Assembly: GCA_964580815.1 (NCBI GenBank)
Contig: CAZOLY010000002.1
Location: 1 to 46,500 of the forward strand
Length of the DNA stretch: 46,500 nt
Origin: an uncultured Bacteroidales bacterium
Lineage (GTDB): Bacteria; Bacteroidota; Bacteroidia; Bacteroidales; UBA10428
Direction of reading: 5' to 3'
The notes below the pieces were generated by a model. That model was given only the letters and a program-made list of their open reading frames with translations, searched no databases and was not told the DNA's origin. The position numbers were made by a program, and so were the translations under genes. How positions within the stretch are numbered: the first letter of the stretch is position 1; every line of letters starts with the position of its first letter. This document shows, piece by piece, positions 37,096 through 45,918 of the stretch.

Positions 37096-37584
37096 TTAAC
37101 TACCTGCCAGATTTTTCAGTGCATCCTCAGATAGCCTGAAAATTCTCCACTCTTCCATTGAAACAGCCCCCAGCTTTTTATAAAACTTAATAGATGGCTC
37201 ATTCCAGTTCAGAACAGCCCACTCCATCCTGCCGCACTTTTTATCGCGTGCAAGACGTGCAAGGTACACCAGAAACGCCTTGCCAAATCCCTTTCTCCTG
37301 TGTTCAGGCTTTACATATATATCTTCAATATAAAGTCCGGGCCTTCCAATAAATGAAGAAAAATTGTAAAAAAACAGTGCATATCCGACAGGTTTCCCCC
37401 GATGGTATCCTATAACTGCTTCTGCCGACCTGTTTTTACCAAAGAGAGTATCCCTTATAGTTTTTTCGTCTGCTAACACTTCGTGAACAAGTTTCTCATA
37501 TTCTGCTATCTCTCTTATAAAATCCAATATCAGTTGTGCCTGACCGGCAACTGCCGGTCTTATGTCTAAATTACCGATTTTCAT
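37096..37584 (-). CDS. GNAT acetyltransferase, spermidine/spermine (diamine) N-acetyltransferase-like
   Basis: IREIAEYEKL, FFYNFSSFIGRPGLYIEDIYVKPEHRRKGFGKAFL, MEWAVLNWNEPSIKFYKKLGA and EWRIFRL closely follow the SSAT-family pattern. It lies 10 nt upstream of the MFS gene. Confidence 0.7.
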   Translation of the reverse strand: MKIGNLDIRPAVAGQAQLILDFIREIAEYEKLVHEVLADEKTIRDTLFGKNRSAEAVIGYHRGKPVGYALFFYNFSSFIGRPGLYIEDIYVKPEHRRKGFGKAFLVYLARLARDKKCGRMEWAVLNWNEPSIKFYKKLGAVSMEEWRIFRLSEDALKNLAGS

Positions 37585-37740
37585 GATCTGTTAAATTAGC
37601 AATATAAAAATACCCATAGGAATTTAAAATAATAATATTATGAATAAATATTGTAACAAAATTTACGTTTTATATGTAAAATCTATACATAGTAAGCAAC
37701 CTTTTATATAAAAGGCTCTCTATATGATTAAAACCTATCA

Positions 37741-38265
37741 ATGAATTACAATAGAATTAAATATTCTGCTTTCATTCTGTTAACTGCCCTCTTTCTTTTC
37801 AGTTCATGTGAGAAAGATGCCAGGGACGAAAAAGAGGTCAAGGGTGATGTATGTTTTTATCTGCTCAAGTCATATAAAACCATGGAAAATAGTATGGAAA
37901 TAATGACAGGCTCTGCACGCATTGCTGATAATCCGATAATTGGTTACGAAGACATTATTTCATATAATACAAATCTGAACGTTTACAATATCTCCAAAAA
38001 GGCCCGGGATACGGTGATGAGTCTCACTTCAACGGTATCAGGACCACCTTTTGCAGTTACTATTGATAAAGAAATAATTTATACGGGATACTTCTGGCCC
38101 GTTACATCACCTGTAGACTGCGACTGTATACATATAGACCCTTTGTTCATTGATTTCTGGGATGGCTTAAAAGTAATGCCTGCTAATTATAGTGATAAGT
38201 CAAATCCCGGAAATGACCCTGATTTAATAAAAATCTTCCGGCGCGATAAAAAACTGGTAAAATAA
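37741..38265 (+). CDS. Hypothetical lipoprotein
   Basis: Signal peptide with lipobox-like LFLFSSC. No recognisable family. Confidence 0.5.
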   Translation: MNYNRIKYSAFILLTALFLFSSCEKDARDEKEVKGDVCFYLLKSYKTMENSMEIMTGSARIADNPIIGYEDIISYNTNLNVYNISKKARDTVMSLTSTVSGPPFAVTIDKEIIYTGYFWPVTSPVDCDCIHIDPLFIDFWDGLKVMPANYSDKSNPGNDPDLIKIFRRDKKLVK

Positions 38266-38366
38266 CCGCTGCTTAACATCCTGTCATTTAAATACTTCGT
38301 ATATATATTAATTGCTTAAATTTTAGTCTGATTATCCTATCAGACAGACAATCAAAACAAATTCCA

Positions 38367-38374
38367 TATATTTG
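38367..38374 (+). promoter_or_regulatory. Candidate -7 promoter box TAtaTTTG
   Basis: Exact TAnnTTTG match 39 nt upstream of ATG 38413. Confidence 0.4.
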
Positions 38375-38412
38375 CTATTCGTAAACAATAGCTTATATAA
38401 AAACTTGTAATA

Positions 38413-39609
38413 ATGAAAAAGAAAATTAAAATTATATCAGGAATTTGTTTGATAATTCTGTTTACAGCTCTTAATACTTCAGCACAACTTGTTCCACCTC
38501 AACAAAACGGGGCACTCTATTCCTTCCAGGTTGCAGGCATGTATTTCGAGGTAGATTCAAGTTTCGGAGGCAGGATATCATCCTTAAAGTTTGGAGACAA
38601 AGAAGTAATGTTCGTTGACCGCGATTATACAGATGGCATTCTATGGGGGTCCACATTATGGCCTGCACCTCAAAATGACTGGGGCTGGCCTCCTTCTGTT
38701 GTCCTCGATAGTGACCCTTATTCCGGGGGAATTTCAGGTGACAGTGTTATCCTTGTAAGTGGTGTTGATAATGCATCAAACCTTAGATTCAAGAAAATAT
38801 TTTATGCCAGCGTAGAAGATACATCGGTGACGATTTTATATACCTGTATAAATGAAGGTGGCGCTACAGAAAATAACGGATTATGGGAAGTAACACGTGT
38901 TCCTCCCGGCGGAATAACTTTTTTCCCGTCGGGCGAAGGTTCCGTGACAGGTGGTTTTGCCAGTTACACTGAAAAGGTCAATAATGTAACGTGGTACGAA
39001 TATGATAATTCAGATGCCGGAAACAATAAATTTTTCAGCGACGGCAGTAATGGATGGTTTGCACATGTTAATGATGATTCAATATTATTTATAAAGCAAT
39101 TCGAAAATGTGCATTATGACAGCGCTGCACCCGGTGAAAATGAAATTGAACTGTGGTTAAACGGAGATTATGCATATATTGAGCTTGAGAACCAAAGTAA
39201 ATATTATTCCATAGCACCTGGTGAATCTGTTACATATGAAATGAAATGGTTCCTAAGGCAGTTACCTGGAGATATTGATATTTCAGTGGGCAGTAATGAA
39301 CTTATTGATTTTGTGTCAGCTATTACTGGCGAAGGACCATCGACTGGCACTGGCACCATGATATATGAGAACCTGAATGGTACCATTTATACCACTACAA
39401 ATTCAATCACCGGTTATACTGCTTTCAAAAATTTACCTTCAGGCATTTTCATAGCAGAAATAATTGATCTGACAGGCAAAAATATAAGGACAGAAAAAGT
39501 AACATCAGCTGATAATAATATATATACAGGTGACCTGCATCAAGGTATCTATATCTACTTATTATCAGGCAAATCAGTTTTTAATTCAGGCAAGTTGTTT
39601 ATCAAATAG
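38413..39609 (+). CDS. Secreted hypothetical protein with T9SS-type C-terminal sorting domain
   Basis: Signal peptide. The beta-rich N-terminal domain is unassigned, although FGGRISSLKFGDKEVMF is faintly mutarotase/DUF-like. The tail IFIAEIIDLTGKNIRTEKV...GIYIYLLSGK...GKLFIK is CTD-like. Confidence 0.55.
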   Translation: MKKKIKIISGICLIILFTALNTSAQLVPPQQNGALYSFQVAGMYFEVDSSFGGRISSLKFGDKEVMFVDRDYTDGILWGSTLWPAPQNDWGWPPSVVLDSDPYSGGISGDSVILVSGVDNASNLRFKKIFYASVEDTSVTILYTCINEGGATENNGLWEVTRVPPGGITFFPSGEGSVTGGFASYTEKVNNVTWYEYDNSDAGNNKFFSDGSNGWFAHVNDDSILFIKQFENVHYDSAAPGENEIELWLNGDYAYIELENQSKYYSIAPGESVTYEMKWFLRQLPGDIDISVGSNELIDFVSAITGEGPSTGTGTMIYENLNGTIYTTTNSITGYTAFKNLPSGIFIAEIIDLTGKNIRTEKVTSADNNIYTGDLHQGIYIYLLSGKSVFNSGKLFIK

Positions 39610-39635
39610 TATCGGCACATACTAATATTATACTC

Positions 39636-40595
39636 ATGAAAAGAATTGTTCTGTTATTAGCAATGTTTATTATACTTATTTGTACCTCTTATTGTCAGAC
39701 TACGGAAGCAGAAAACCAGCTGCGTACTCAATCCTCTGACTCTACCGAGGGATGGAAAAGGGGAGGTGTCATTTCACTTAACCTTTCGCAGACTTCCTTG
39801 ACAAACTGGGCAGCAGGCGGACAAAATGCATTGTCAGCTAACGGACTTGCAAGTCTCTTTGCCAATTATAAAAAAGGTAAAAGCATATGGGTCAGTTCCC
39901 TCGACATTGGCTATGGGATTCTAAAACAAGGGAAAGATGAAGACCTTATCAAGACTGATGATAAAATTGACCTTCTCTCAAAATATGGCAGGCAGGCAAT
40001 AAAAAAATGGTATTATGCCGCGTTGTTGAACTTTAAAACACAAATGACTGCCGGATACAATTACCCTAATGATTCAGTAAAGATATCAGGTGCATTTGCT
40101 CCTGCATATATTCTCGGATCATTAGGCATGGATTATAGGCCTAATGACGATTTCAGCGTGTACATATCTCCTGTTACCTCAAAAATAACAATAGTGATTG
40201 ACCAGGACCTCGCCAATAGTGGGGCTTTTGGTGTTGCGCCCGCTGATACCAACAGCAATGGAGTGCTTATCAGCAAAGGTGAAAAAGCCCGCTTCGAGAT
40301 AGGAGGTTACCTAAGAATGGAATACAGAAAAAAGCTCATGGAAAACATCTCCATATTGACGAGGTTTGATCTTTTTTCAAATTACTTAAATAATCCCCAG
40401 AATATCGACGTAAACTGGGAGACCCTTCTCACAATGAAAGTAAACAAATATATATCGGCAACATTATCCACCAATCTCATTTATGATGATGATATTAATA
40501 TTGCCGGGGATACTGATGATGACGGAATAATCGAATATGTTCCCAGACCACAGTTCAAAGAAATACTTGGCATAGGCTTTTCATATAACTTCTGA
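39636..40595 (+). CDS. DUF3078-like outer-membrane beta-barrel protein
   Basis: Signal peptide. WKRGGVISLNLSQTSLTNWAAGGQNALSANG is the hallmark opening of the DUF3078 family. The protein ends GIGFSYNF. Confidence 0.65.
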   Translation: MKRIVLLLAMFIILICTSYCQTTEAENQLRTQSSDSTEGWKRGGVISLNLSQTSLTNWAAGGQNALSANGLASLFANYKKGKSIWVSSLDIGYGILKQGKDEDLIKTDDKIDLLSKYGRQAIKKWYYAALLNFKTQMTAGYNYPNDSVKISGAFAPAYILGSLGMDYRPNDDFSVYISPVTSKITIVIDQDLANSGAFGVAPADTNSNGVLISKGEKARFEIGGYLRMEYRKKLMENISILTRFDLFSNYLNNPQNIDVNWETLLTMKVNKYISATLSTNLIYDDDINIAGDTDDDGIIEYVPRPQFKEILGIGFSYNF

Positions 40596-40628
40596 TCTTG
40601 TTACGGTTTTAAACTGTAATATAACCTG

Positions 40629-40664
40629 AACCTGGCATTATAACTATTAAAGCCAGGTTTTTTT
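40629..40664 (+). terminator. Rho-independent terminator after the DUF3078 gene
   Basis: Stem AACCTGGC (40629..40636) / GCCAGGTT (40652..40659) with a 15-nt loop, running into T7 (40658..40664). Confidence 0.55.
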
Positions 40665-40793
40665 ATTGCTGATCATACTGACTCACTTTTACTGATCGCA
40701 TTCATCATATAATTCATATCAGATTTATTTTGATTCATAACTTTTTTTTGATTTAAAACTAGTTATGATTTTATTTTAGTTAAAATTTTTGAA

Positions 40794-41021
40794 ATGCCTT
40801 TGACAAATGAATTTGATCTTTATAGGTTACACCGCTACAAAAAAAAGTTAATTCAACTTGATTACCAGATAAGCACACTGACAACCATCGCCAAAAGTGC
40901 TTTGAATAAAGAAACAAACATATCGTCACGTACTATTCTGGAAGAAGGTTTAAGACTTCTAAATGAAATTGATATCATCAGTGAGGACTTATATTTTCAG
41001 TATTTAAAAATCACAAATTGA
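40794..41021 (+). CDS. Small (75 aa) helical hypothetical protein
   Basis: ATG-initiated ORF with a heptad-like helical composition and no TM segment. It lies 69 nt upstream of the LytTR gene. Whether it is truly coding is uncertain. Confidence 0.35.
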   Translation: MPLTNEFDLYRLHRYKKKLIQLDYQISTLTTIAKSALNKETNISSRTILEEGLRLLNEIDIISEDLYFQYLKITN

Positions 41022-41090
41022 TGGACCCGCTCTTATTAAAATTCATTTTTGGAAAAGAATTGAGTAGTTATAAATTAAACCATCTTAATC

Positions 41091-41459
41091 ATGTATAATC
41101 TTAAAAACGTCAACCTGGCTAGTAAGATCCTGTTAAACGGGCCGGGAATTCTGAGAAACGAACCTATTGGGAACATATCTCACTTTTGTGCGTTTGAAGG
41201 AATTTCTGAAATAAAACTTATGGATAAAAGATCCTATACATTATGTATGACTATGGCAGAGCTGGAAACCATACTGCCAAAATCCCTGTTTTTCCGCTGC
41301 AGCAGATCGCATATTATTAACCTGCTCAAAGTGTATAAAGCTGAATTTAATCATGAAAGTAATATTATAATGGAGTGTGGAACAATAATCAGACTATCAA
41401 GAAGAAGGAAGCAGGGATTTGAAATAGCTATGAAAAGCCTGCCGGGTTTAAATAATTAA
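41091..41459 (+). CDS. Stand-alone LytTR-domain DNA-binding protein (no receiver or sensor domain)
   Basis: ISHFCAFEGISEIKLMD...LCMTMAELETILPKSLFFRCSRSHIINLLKV...IIMECGTIIRLSRRRK fits the LytTR fold pattern (F.R.HRS.I.N). Confidence 0.65.
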   Translation: MYNLKNVNLASKILLNGPGILRNEPIGNISHFCAFEGISEIKLMDKRSYTLCMTMAELETILPKSLFFRCSRSHIINLLKVYKAEFNHESNIIMECGTIIRLSRRRKQGFEIAMKSLPGLNN

Positions 41460-41659
41460 TGTAACCATACTGCAGAAATGGAACCTGTAAAAATTTGTGC
41501 ATAAAATTCCCTGCTTGTTTTTATAAAAAATCCATTTTTCGGCTGTATTATATGAATAGTTGATAAATTCTGATATTTAGTTAATTACTTAAATCGTTTT
41601 TTTCTTTTAAATTTTGGCTGAATTACTTATCTTGCTCATTATTAATTAAACTAATAATT

Positions 41660-41923
41660 ATGAATAAAGGTCAATTAATTGATGCTATTGCTAAAGGAAG
41701 CGGTCTAACCAAAGCTGCTGGCGAAAAAGCTTTAAATGCTGCCTTAAAGGCAATAACAGGTGCGCTCAAAAAAGGTGACAGAGTAGGATTAGTAGGTTTC
41801 GGTTCATGGAAAGTTGTTAAAAGAGCTGCACGTAAAGGCAAGAACCCACAGACAGGAGCTGTTATTAATATTCCTGCCAAGAAGGTAGTAAAATTCAAGT
41901 CTGGGGCTGATTTGAGTTTATAG
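41660..41923 (+). CDS. hup: HU-family nucleoid-associated DNA-binding protein
   Basis: MNKGQLIDAIA...GFGSWKVVKRAARKGKNPQTGAVINIPAKKVVKFKSG is canonical HU/IHF. Confidence 0.95.
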   Translation: MNKGQLIDAIAKGSGLTKAAGEKALNAALKAITGALKKGDRVGLVGFGSWKVVKRAARKGKNPQTGAVINIPAKKVVKFKSGADLSL

Positions 41924-41952
41924 TTAACGCGATGAATTAGATATGCTGAATT

Positions 41953-41978
41953 AAGCACCCCCCAAGGGTGCTTTTTTG
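41953..41978 (+). terminator. Rho-independent terminator after hup
   Basis: Stem AAGCACCC / GGGTGCTT with loop CCCAA, followed by TTTTTT. Confidence 0.8.
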
Positions 41979-42002
41979 TTATAATAATCCATGTAAAGTT
42001 TA

Positions 42003-42010
42003 TAAATTTG
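42003..42010 (+). promoter_or_regulatory. Candidate -7 promoter box TAaaTTTG for rtcB
   Basis: Exact TAnnTTTG match ending 23 nt before ATG 42034 and downstream of the hup terminator. This supports 42034 rather than the GTG at 41968 as the rtcB start. Confidence 0.45.
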
Positions 42011-42033
42011 CCTGTACACTATCGGGTAAATGC

Positions 42034-43449
42034 ATGAAAAAACTTAACCTGCGAGGAAGAGAACTGGAAAAAATCGGTTTTCATCAGGGAGAACAGATCA
42101 GTCTTGTAATTAACGTGGTTCACAGAAATTTCAGGAGGAGTGATAAGCTTCAGGTGTTGGAATTGCTTAAGAAGCTTATCAAAGATCCTGTAAAATACAA
42201 AAATGACCCGAAGCTTTGCCAAATAAGTAATATGTTAATTTCCCGGAAGAAACCCGAACCTGCCCAAAAGCCGGAGACAATAAAACTTGCCCATGTAGCT
42301 AAAGATTATATAATATACGGGCAATCAGAAATTGAGCAGGAAGCCCTGGATCAGATGGAAAGCGCAATGCGACTGCCTATTACGGTTCGCGGCGCTCTTA
42401 TGGCTGATGCCCATAGTGGTTACGGATTACCAATAGGAGGTGTGCTGGCTACACTCAACACTATAATTCCATATGGTGTAGGAATGGATATAGGTTGCCG
42501 GATGTGTTTATCAATATATAACCTGCCGTCAGATTTTCTTGAAAAAAACAGAAATAAGCTGAAGTCAATACTTAAAGACAATACAAAGTTCGGAACTGAT
42601 GAATTTCCGGGAAGAAAAGAACACCCTGTCCTTGACAGGAAAGAATTCAAAGAGATTAAAACTATAAAAGAGCTTAAAGATAAAGCATATAACCAGCTCG
42701 GTACTTCAGGCAGCGGTAATCATTTTGTCGAATTCGGAATATCAGGCATCCCGGCTGAAAGAAACGAATTCAACGTGCCCGGAGGTGAATACCTGGCCTT
42801 ACTTTCACATTCAGGATCGAGAAATCTCGGAGCCACTATCGCAAAGCATTATACACTTATTGCAAAACAAAAATGTAACCTCCCAAAAGGTGCACAAAAC
42901 CTTGCCTGGCTAAATCTTAACGAAGAAGAAGGTATTGAATACTGGCTGGCAATGAATCTGGCAGGAGATTATGCTGCCGCAAATCACCAGATCATTCATG
43001 AAAAAATATCAAAGGCACTGGGCGAAAAGCCAGTAATAAGGGTTGAAAACCATCATAATTTTGCCTGGAAAGAAAAGCTTGAGGATGGTACTGATGTTAT
43101 TGTTCACCGCAAAGGTGCCACACCTGCAACAAAAGGAGTACTTGGTATTATTCCCGGCTCAATGATATCGCCCGGATTCATTATTAAAGGCAAAGGAAAC
43201 CTTCAATCAATTAATTCGGCATCGCATGGAGCAGGAAGGTTATTATCACGCTCGAGAGCAAAACAATATTTTTCACAGAAGGACCTGAAGCAGACCCTCG
43301 AAAAAGCCGGCGTAGAGCTCATGGGTGGCGGCCTTGATGAATCACCCGGTGCCTATAAGGACATTCATAAAATAATGGAATACCAGAAAGAACTTGTGGA
43401 TATCATAGGCATATTTTATCCAAAAATTGTAAGGATGAGCAGTGACTAA
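42034..43449 (+). CDS. rtcB: RtcB-family 3'-phosphate RNA ligase with ~90-100-aa N-terminal extension
   Basis: The RtcB active-site set is present: MADAHSGYGLPIGGV, MDIGCRM, GSGNHF, LSHSGSR, NHHNF, HRKGATP, PGSM and SHGAGR (the GMP-histidine). Confidence 0.9.
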   Translation: MKKLNLRGRELEKIGFHQGEQISLVINVVHRNFRRSDKLQVLELLKKLIKDPVKYKNDPKLCQISNMLISRKKPEPAQKPETIKLAHVAKDYIIYGQSEIEQEALDQMESAMRLPITVRGALMADAHSGYGLPIGGVLATLNTIIPYGVGMDIGCRMCLSIYNLPSDFLEKNRNKLKSILKDNTKFGTDEFPGRKEHPVLDRKEFKEIKTIKELKDKAYNQLGTSGSGNHFVEFGISGIPAERNEFNVPGGEYLALLSHSGSRNLGATIAKHYTLIAKQKCNLPKGAQNLAWLNLNEEEGIEYWLAMNLAGDYAAANHQIIHEKISKALGEKPVIRVENHHNFAWKEKLEDGTDVIVHRKGATPATKGVLGIIPGSMISPGFIIKGKGNLQSINSASHGAGRLLSRSRAKQYFSQKDLKQTLEKAGVELMGGGLDESPGAYKDIHKIMEYQKELVDIIGIFYPKIVRMSSD

Positions 43450-44032
43450 TCTTAAAAAACAACAAATTACAAATACCGCACGGGACCTGTTCTGGAAATA
43501 TGGTTTTCGCCGTGTTTCCATTGAAGAGATTTGTAAAGAAGCCGACGTCAGCAAAATGACCTTTTATAAACATTTTAAAAACAAGGTTGAACTTGTAAAA
43601 TACATAATTGATCTTATAACAGGCACTGCGATGAAAAAATACAGGGAAATAATGGATAGTGACATACCATTTTATATGAAGGTTGAGAAAAGTATACAAT
43701 TAAAAATGGAGTCAAGCAATGAAATGAGCCAGGAATTTTTCAATGATTTTCACAGGAATGCCAGTCCGGAACTTCGTGAACATTTTAATAATCTTGTGCG
43801 TGATAATCTGCAAATAATTCAGAACGATTATATTGAGGCCCAGAAGAAAGGAGATGTCAGACCAGATATTAATCCTCAGTTTATTTTATATTTTCTTGAT
43901 AAAATAATCGAAATATGTAAAGATGAATATCTTATGAATCTATATAAAAGACCGCAGGATCTTATAACGGAGGTCACAAGTTTTTTCTTTTATGGTATCT
44001 TATCCAGAAAATTGAGCAATGATAACCAGTGA
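43442..44032 (+). CDS. TetR/AcrR-family transcriptional regulator
   Basis: N-terminal HTH ITNTARDLFWKYGFRRVSIEEICKEADVSKMTFYKHFKNK. The GTG start overlaps the last 8 nt of rtcB. Confidence 0.8.
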   Translation: MTNLKKQQITNTARDLFWKYGFRRVSIEEICKEADVSKMTFYKHFKNKVELVKYIIDLITGTAMKKYREIMDSDIPFYMKVEKSIQLKMESSNEMSQEFFNDFHRNASPELREHFNNLVRDNLQIIQNDYIEAQKKGDVRPDINPQFILYFLDKIIEICKDEYLMNLYKRPQDLITEVTSFFFYGILSRKLSNDNQ

Positions 44033-45162
44033 AAAAATATTTATACATATTATTTTCTTCAGTGTTTATTTACACAGGCCTGTCTGCGCAGGATATTGCA
44101 TTTAAAGGACAAATAAATTCGTGGCTCTCAATCAACCACGTTAGCGATTTTAAAACCCGCGGAGGGTTGAGATATATTCCGTCTGTTACAATTGAAAAAC
44201 AGGTAAAAAAAATAAAATACGATACTGAAATATCCTTAAATACTTACGGAACATTAGATTATGACAATGGGGAATTTGATGCAAAAGGAAATTTAAAACC
44301 CTACCGTCTATGGATAAGAATGTCATCCGAGCAGTTTGAGATACGAGCCGGACTTCAGAAAATAAATTTCGGGTCTGCTTCAATATTGCGCCCTTTAATG
44401 TGGTTCGACCGTATCGATCCCCGTGATCCCCTGCAGCTTACCGACGGTGTTTATGCATTACTGGGAAGGTATTACTTTCTTAATAATGCCAATATATGGC
44501 TATGGGGTCTTTATGGTAATGAGAATACCAGGGGATGGGAGATTGTCCCCTCAAATAAAAAGCGGCCTGAATATGGCGGGCGGCTTCAGCTGCCGGCCTT
44601 AAAAGGAGAGCTGGCTATGTCCGTTCACAACCGCCAGGTTGATTATAGTAAATCAGTGATTGATACCAGTATGACCAGTCTTAAAAACTCAAATGAACAC
44701 AGGCTTGGGCTTGATGGTAAATGGGATATCGGCATAGGCCTGTGGTTTGAAAGCGTATTGCTTCATCAGGATATTCCCAAAAACTATTTGCCATGGCAGC
44801 AACAAGTTAACCTGGGAATTGATTATACATTTAAAATAGGGAATGGCCTTAATGCAATAAATGAGTTTCTCTGGGCTTCAGCTTCGGAAAATATTTTTCA
44901 GTCAGATAACAGTATTTTATTCTCTGCCCTGGCCCTAAGATACCCGGTAGGACTCCTGGACAACATAACAGGTATGGTATATTACGACTGGACAAATGAT
45001 GGATTATACAGGTTTGTAAACTGGCAACGCCAGTACGATAATATCAGCTTGTACCTCATGTTGTTCTGGAATCCGGACGAATTCAATATTTACAGCAATA
45101 TTCAGGAAACTGATTTATTTAAAGGAAAGGGAATACAGTTTATGTTCGTTTATAACTACTAA
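44029..45162 (+). CDS. Hypothetical outer-membrane beta-barrel protein
   Basis: Signal peptide MKKYLYILFSSVFIYTGLSAQ. Alternating beta-strand pattern that ends in FMFVYNY (aromatic terminus). The GTG start overlaps the TetR stop (GTGA). Confidence 0.5.
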   Translation: MKKYLYILFSSVFIYTGLSAQDIAFKGQINSWLSINHVSDFKTRGGLRYIPSVTIEKQVKKIKYDTEISLNTYGTLDYDNGEFDAKGNLKPYRLWIRMSSEQFEIRAGLQKINFGSASILRPLMWFDRIDPRDPLQLTDGVYALLGRYYFLNNANIWLWGLYGNENTRGWEIVPSNKKRPEYGGRLQLPALKGELAMSVHNRQVDYSKSVIDTSMTSLKNSNEHRLGLDGKWDIGIGLWFESVLLHQDIPKNYLPWQQQVNLGIDYTFKIGNGLNAINEFLWASASENIFQSDNSILFSALALRYPVGLLDNITGMVYYDWTNDGLYRFVNWQRQYDNISLYLMLFWNPDEFNIYSNIQETDLFKGKGIQFMFVYNY

Positions 45163-45203
45163 TATGATATCAATTTTGAATAACTTGCAATAAATAAATA
45201 AAA

Positions 45204-45902
45204 ATGGAAAAAAGTAAAATCATAACTCTTGAAGGAGTAAAGAAACATTTTCCTATAGGAGGAGGAAAGTTTACGGCTTTAAACGGGATTGACCTTACAT
45301 TTGGCGAAGGTGAATTCGCCGGCTTTGTCGGCCCCAGCGGATCGGGTAAAACGACACTTTTAAATATAATTGGTTCTCTTGACACCCCTTCTGAAGGAAA
45401 AGTATTAGTTCTTGACAACGACATCGGAAAGTTAACGGCTAAAAAGGCAGCGATGCTCCGCAGAAAAAAGTTAGGATTCATTTTTCAAACCTATAATCTG
45501 CTGCCTGTTTACACTGTGTTTGAAAATGTTGAATTTCCATTGTTGCTTTTTAATATGAACTCATCTGGCAGAAAAAAAGCCGTGCTGGACGCCCTTGAAT
45601 GGGTCGGATTAACAGATAAAATAAAATCCAGGCCCGCTCAGTTATCAGGCGGGGAATGCCAGAGGGTAGCTATTGCCAGGGCTATGGTAAAAAAACCTGT
45701 GGTTGTTTTGGCAGATGAACCGACAGCAAATTTAGATTCCGAGAACTCTCATCATATTTTGCAAACCATGGAAAATCTTAATAAAGATTTGCAGACTACG
45801 TTCATTTTTGCTACTCATGATGATAAAGTAATCAATTACTTAAAAAGAAAAATTCTTCTTCAGGATGGTAAAGTAACTGCTGATAAAATTATCACCAATT
45901 AG
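45204..45902 (+). CDS. ABC transporter ATP-binding protein (MacB/LolD/FtsE-type)
   Basis: Walker A GPSGSGKTTLLN, Q-loop FIFQTYNL, signature LSGGECQRVAIARA, Walker B VVLADEPTANLD and H-loop ATHD. Confidence 0.9.
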   Translation: MEKSKIITLEGVKKHFPIGGGKFTALNGIDLTFGEGEFAGFVGPSGSGKTTLLNIIGSLDTPSEGKVLVLDNDIGKLTAKKAAMLRRKKLGFIFQTYNLLPVYTVFENVEFPLLLFNMNSSGRKKAVLDALEWVGLTDKIKSRPAQLSGGECQRVAIARAMVKKPVVVLADEPTANLDSENSHHILQTMENLNKDLQTTFIFATHDDKVINYLKRKILLQDGKVTADKIITN

Positions 45903-45918
45903 TTAAGGAGGGAAAATT

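Noticed and set aside
41671-41958. 95-aa minus-strand ORF
   Set aside because: It is antisense to the highly recognisable HU gene. It has no independent signals.
45170-45481. 103-aa minus-strand ORF
   Set aside because: It is antisense to the Walker A region of the ABC ATPase gene and is a shadow ORF.
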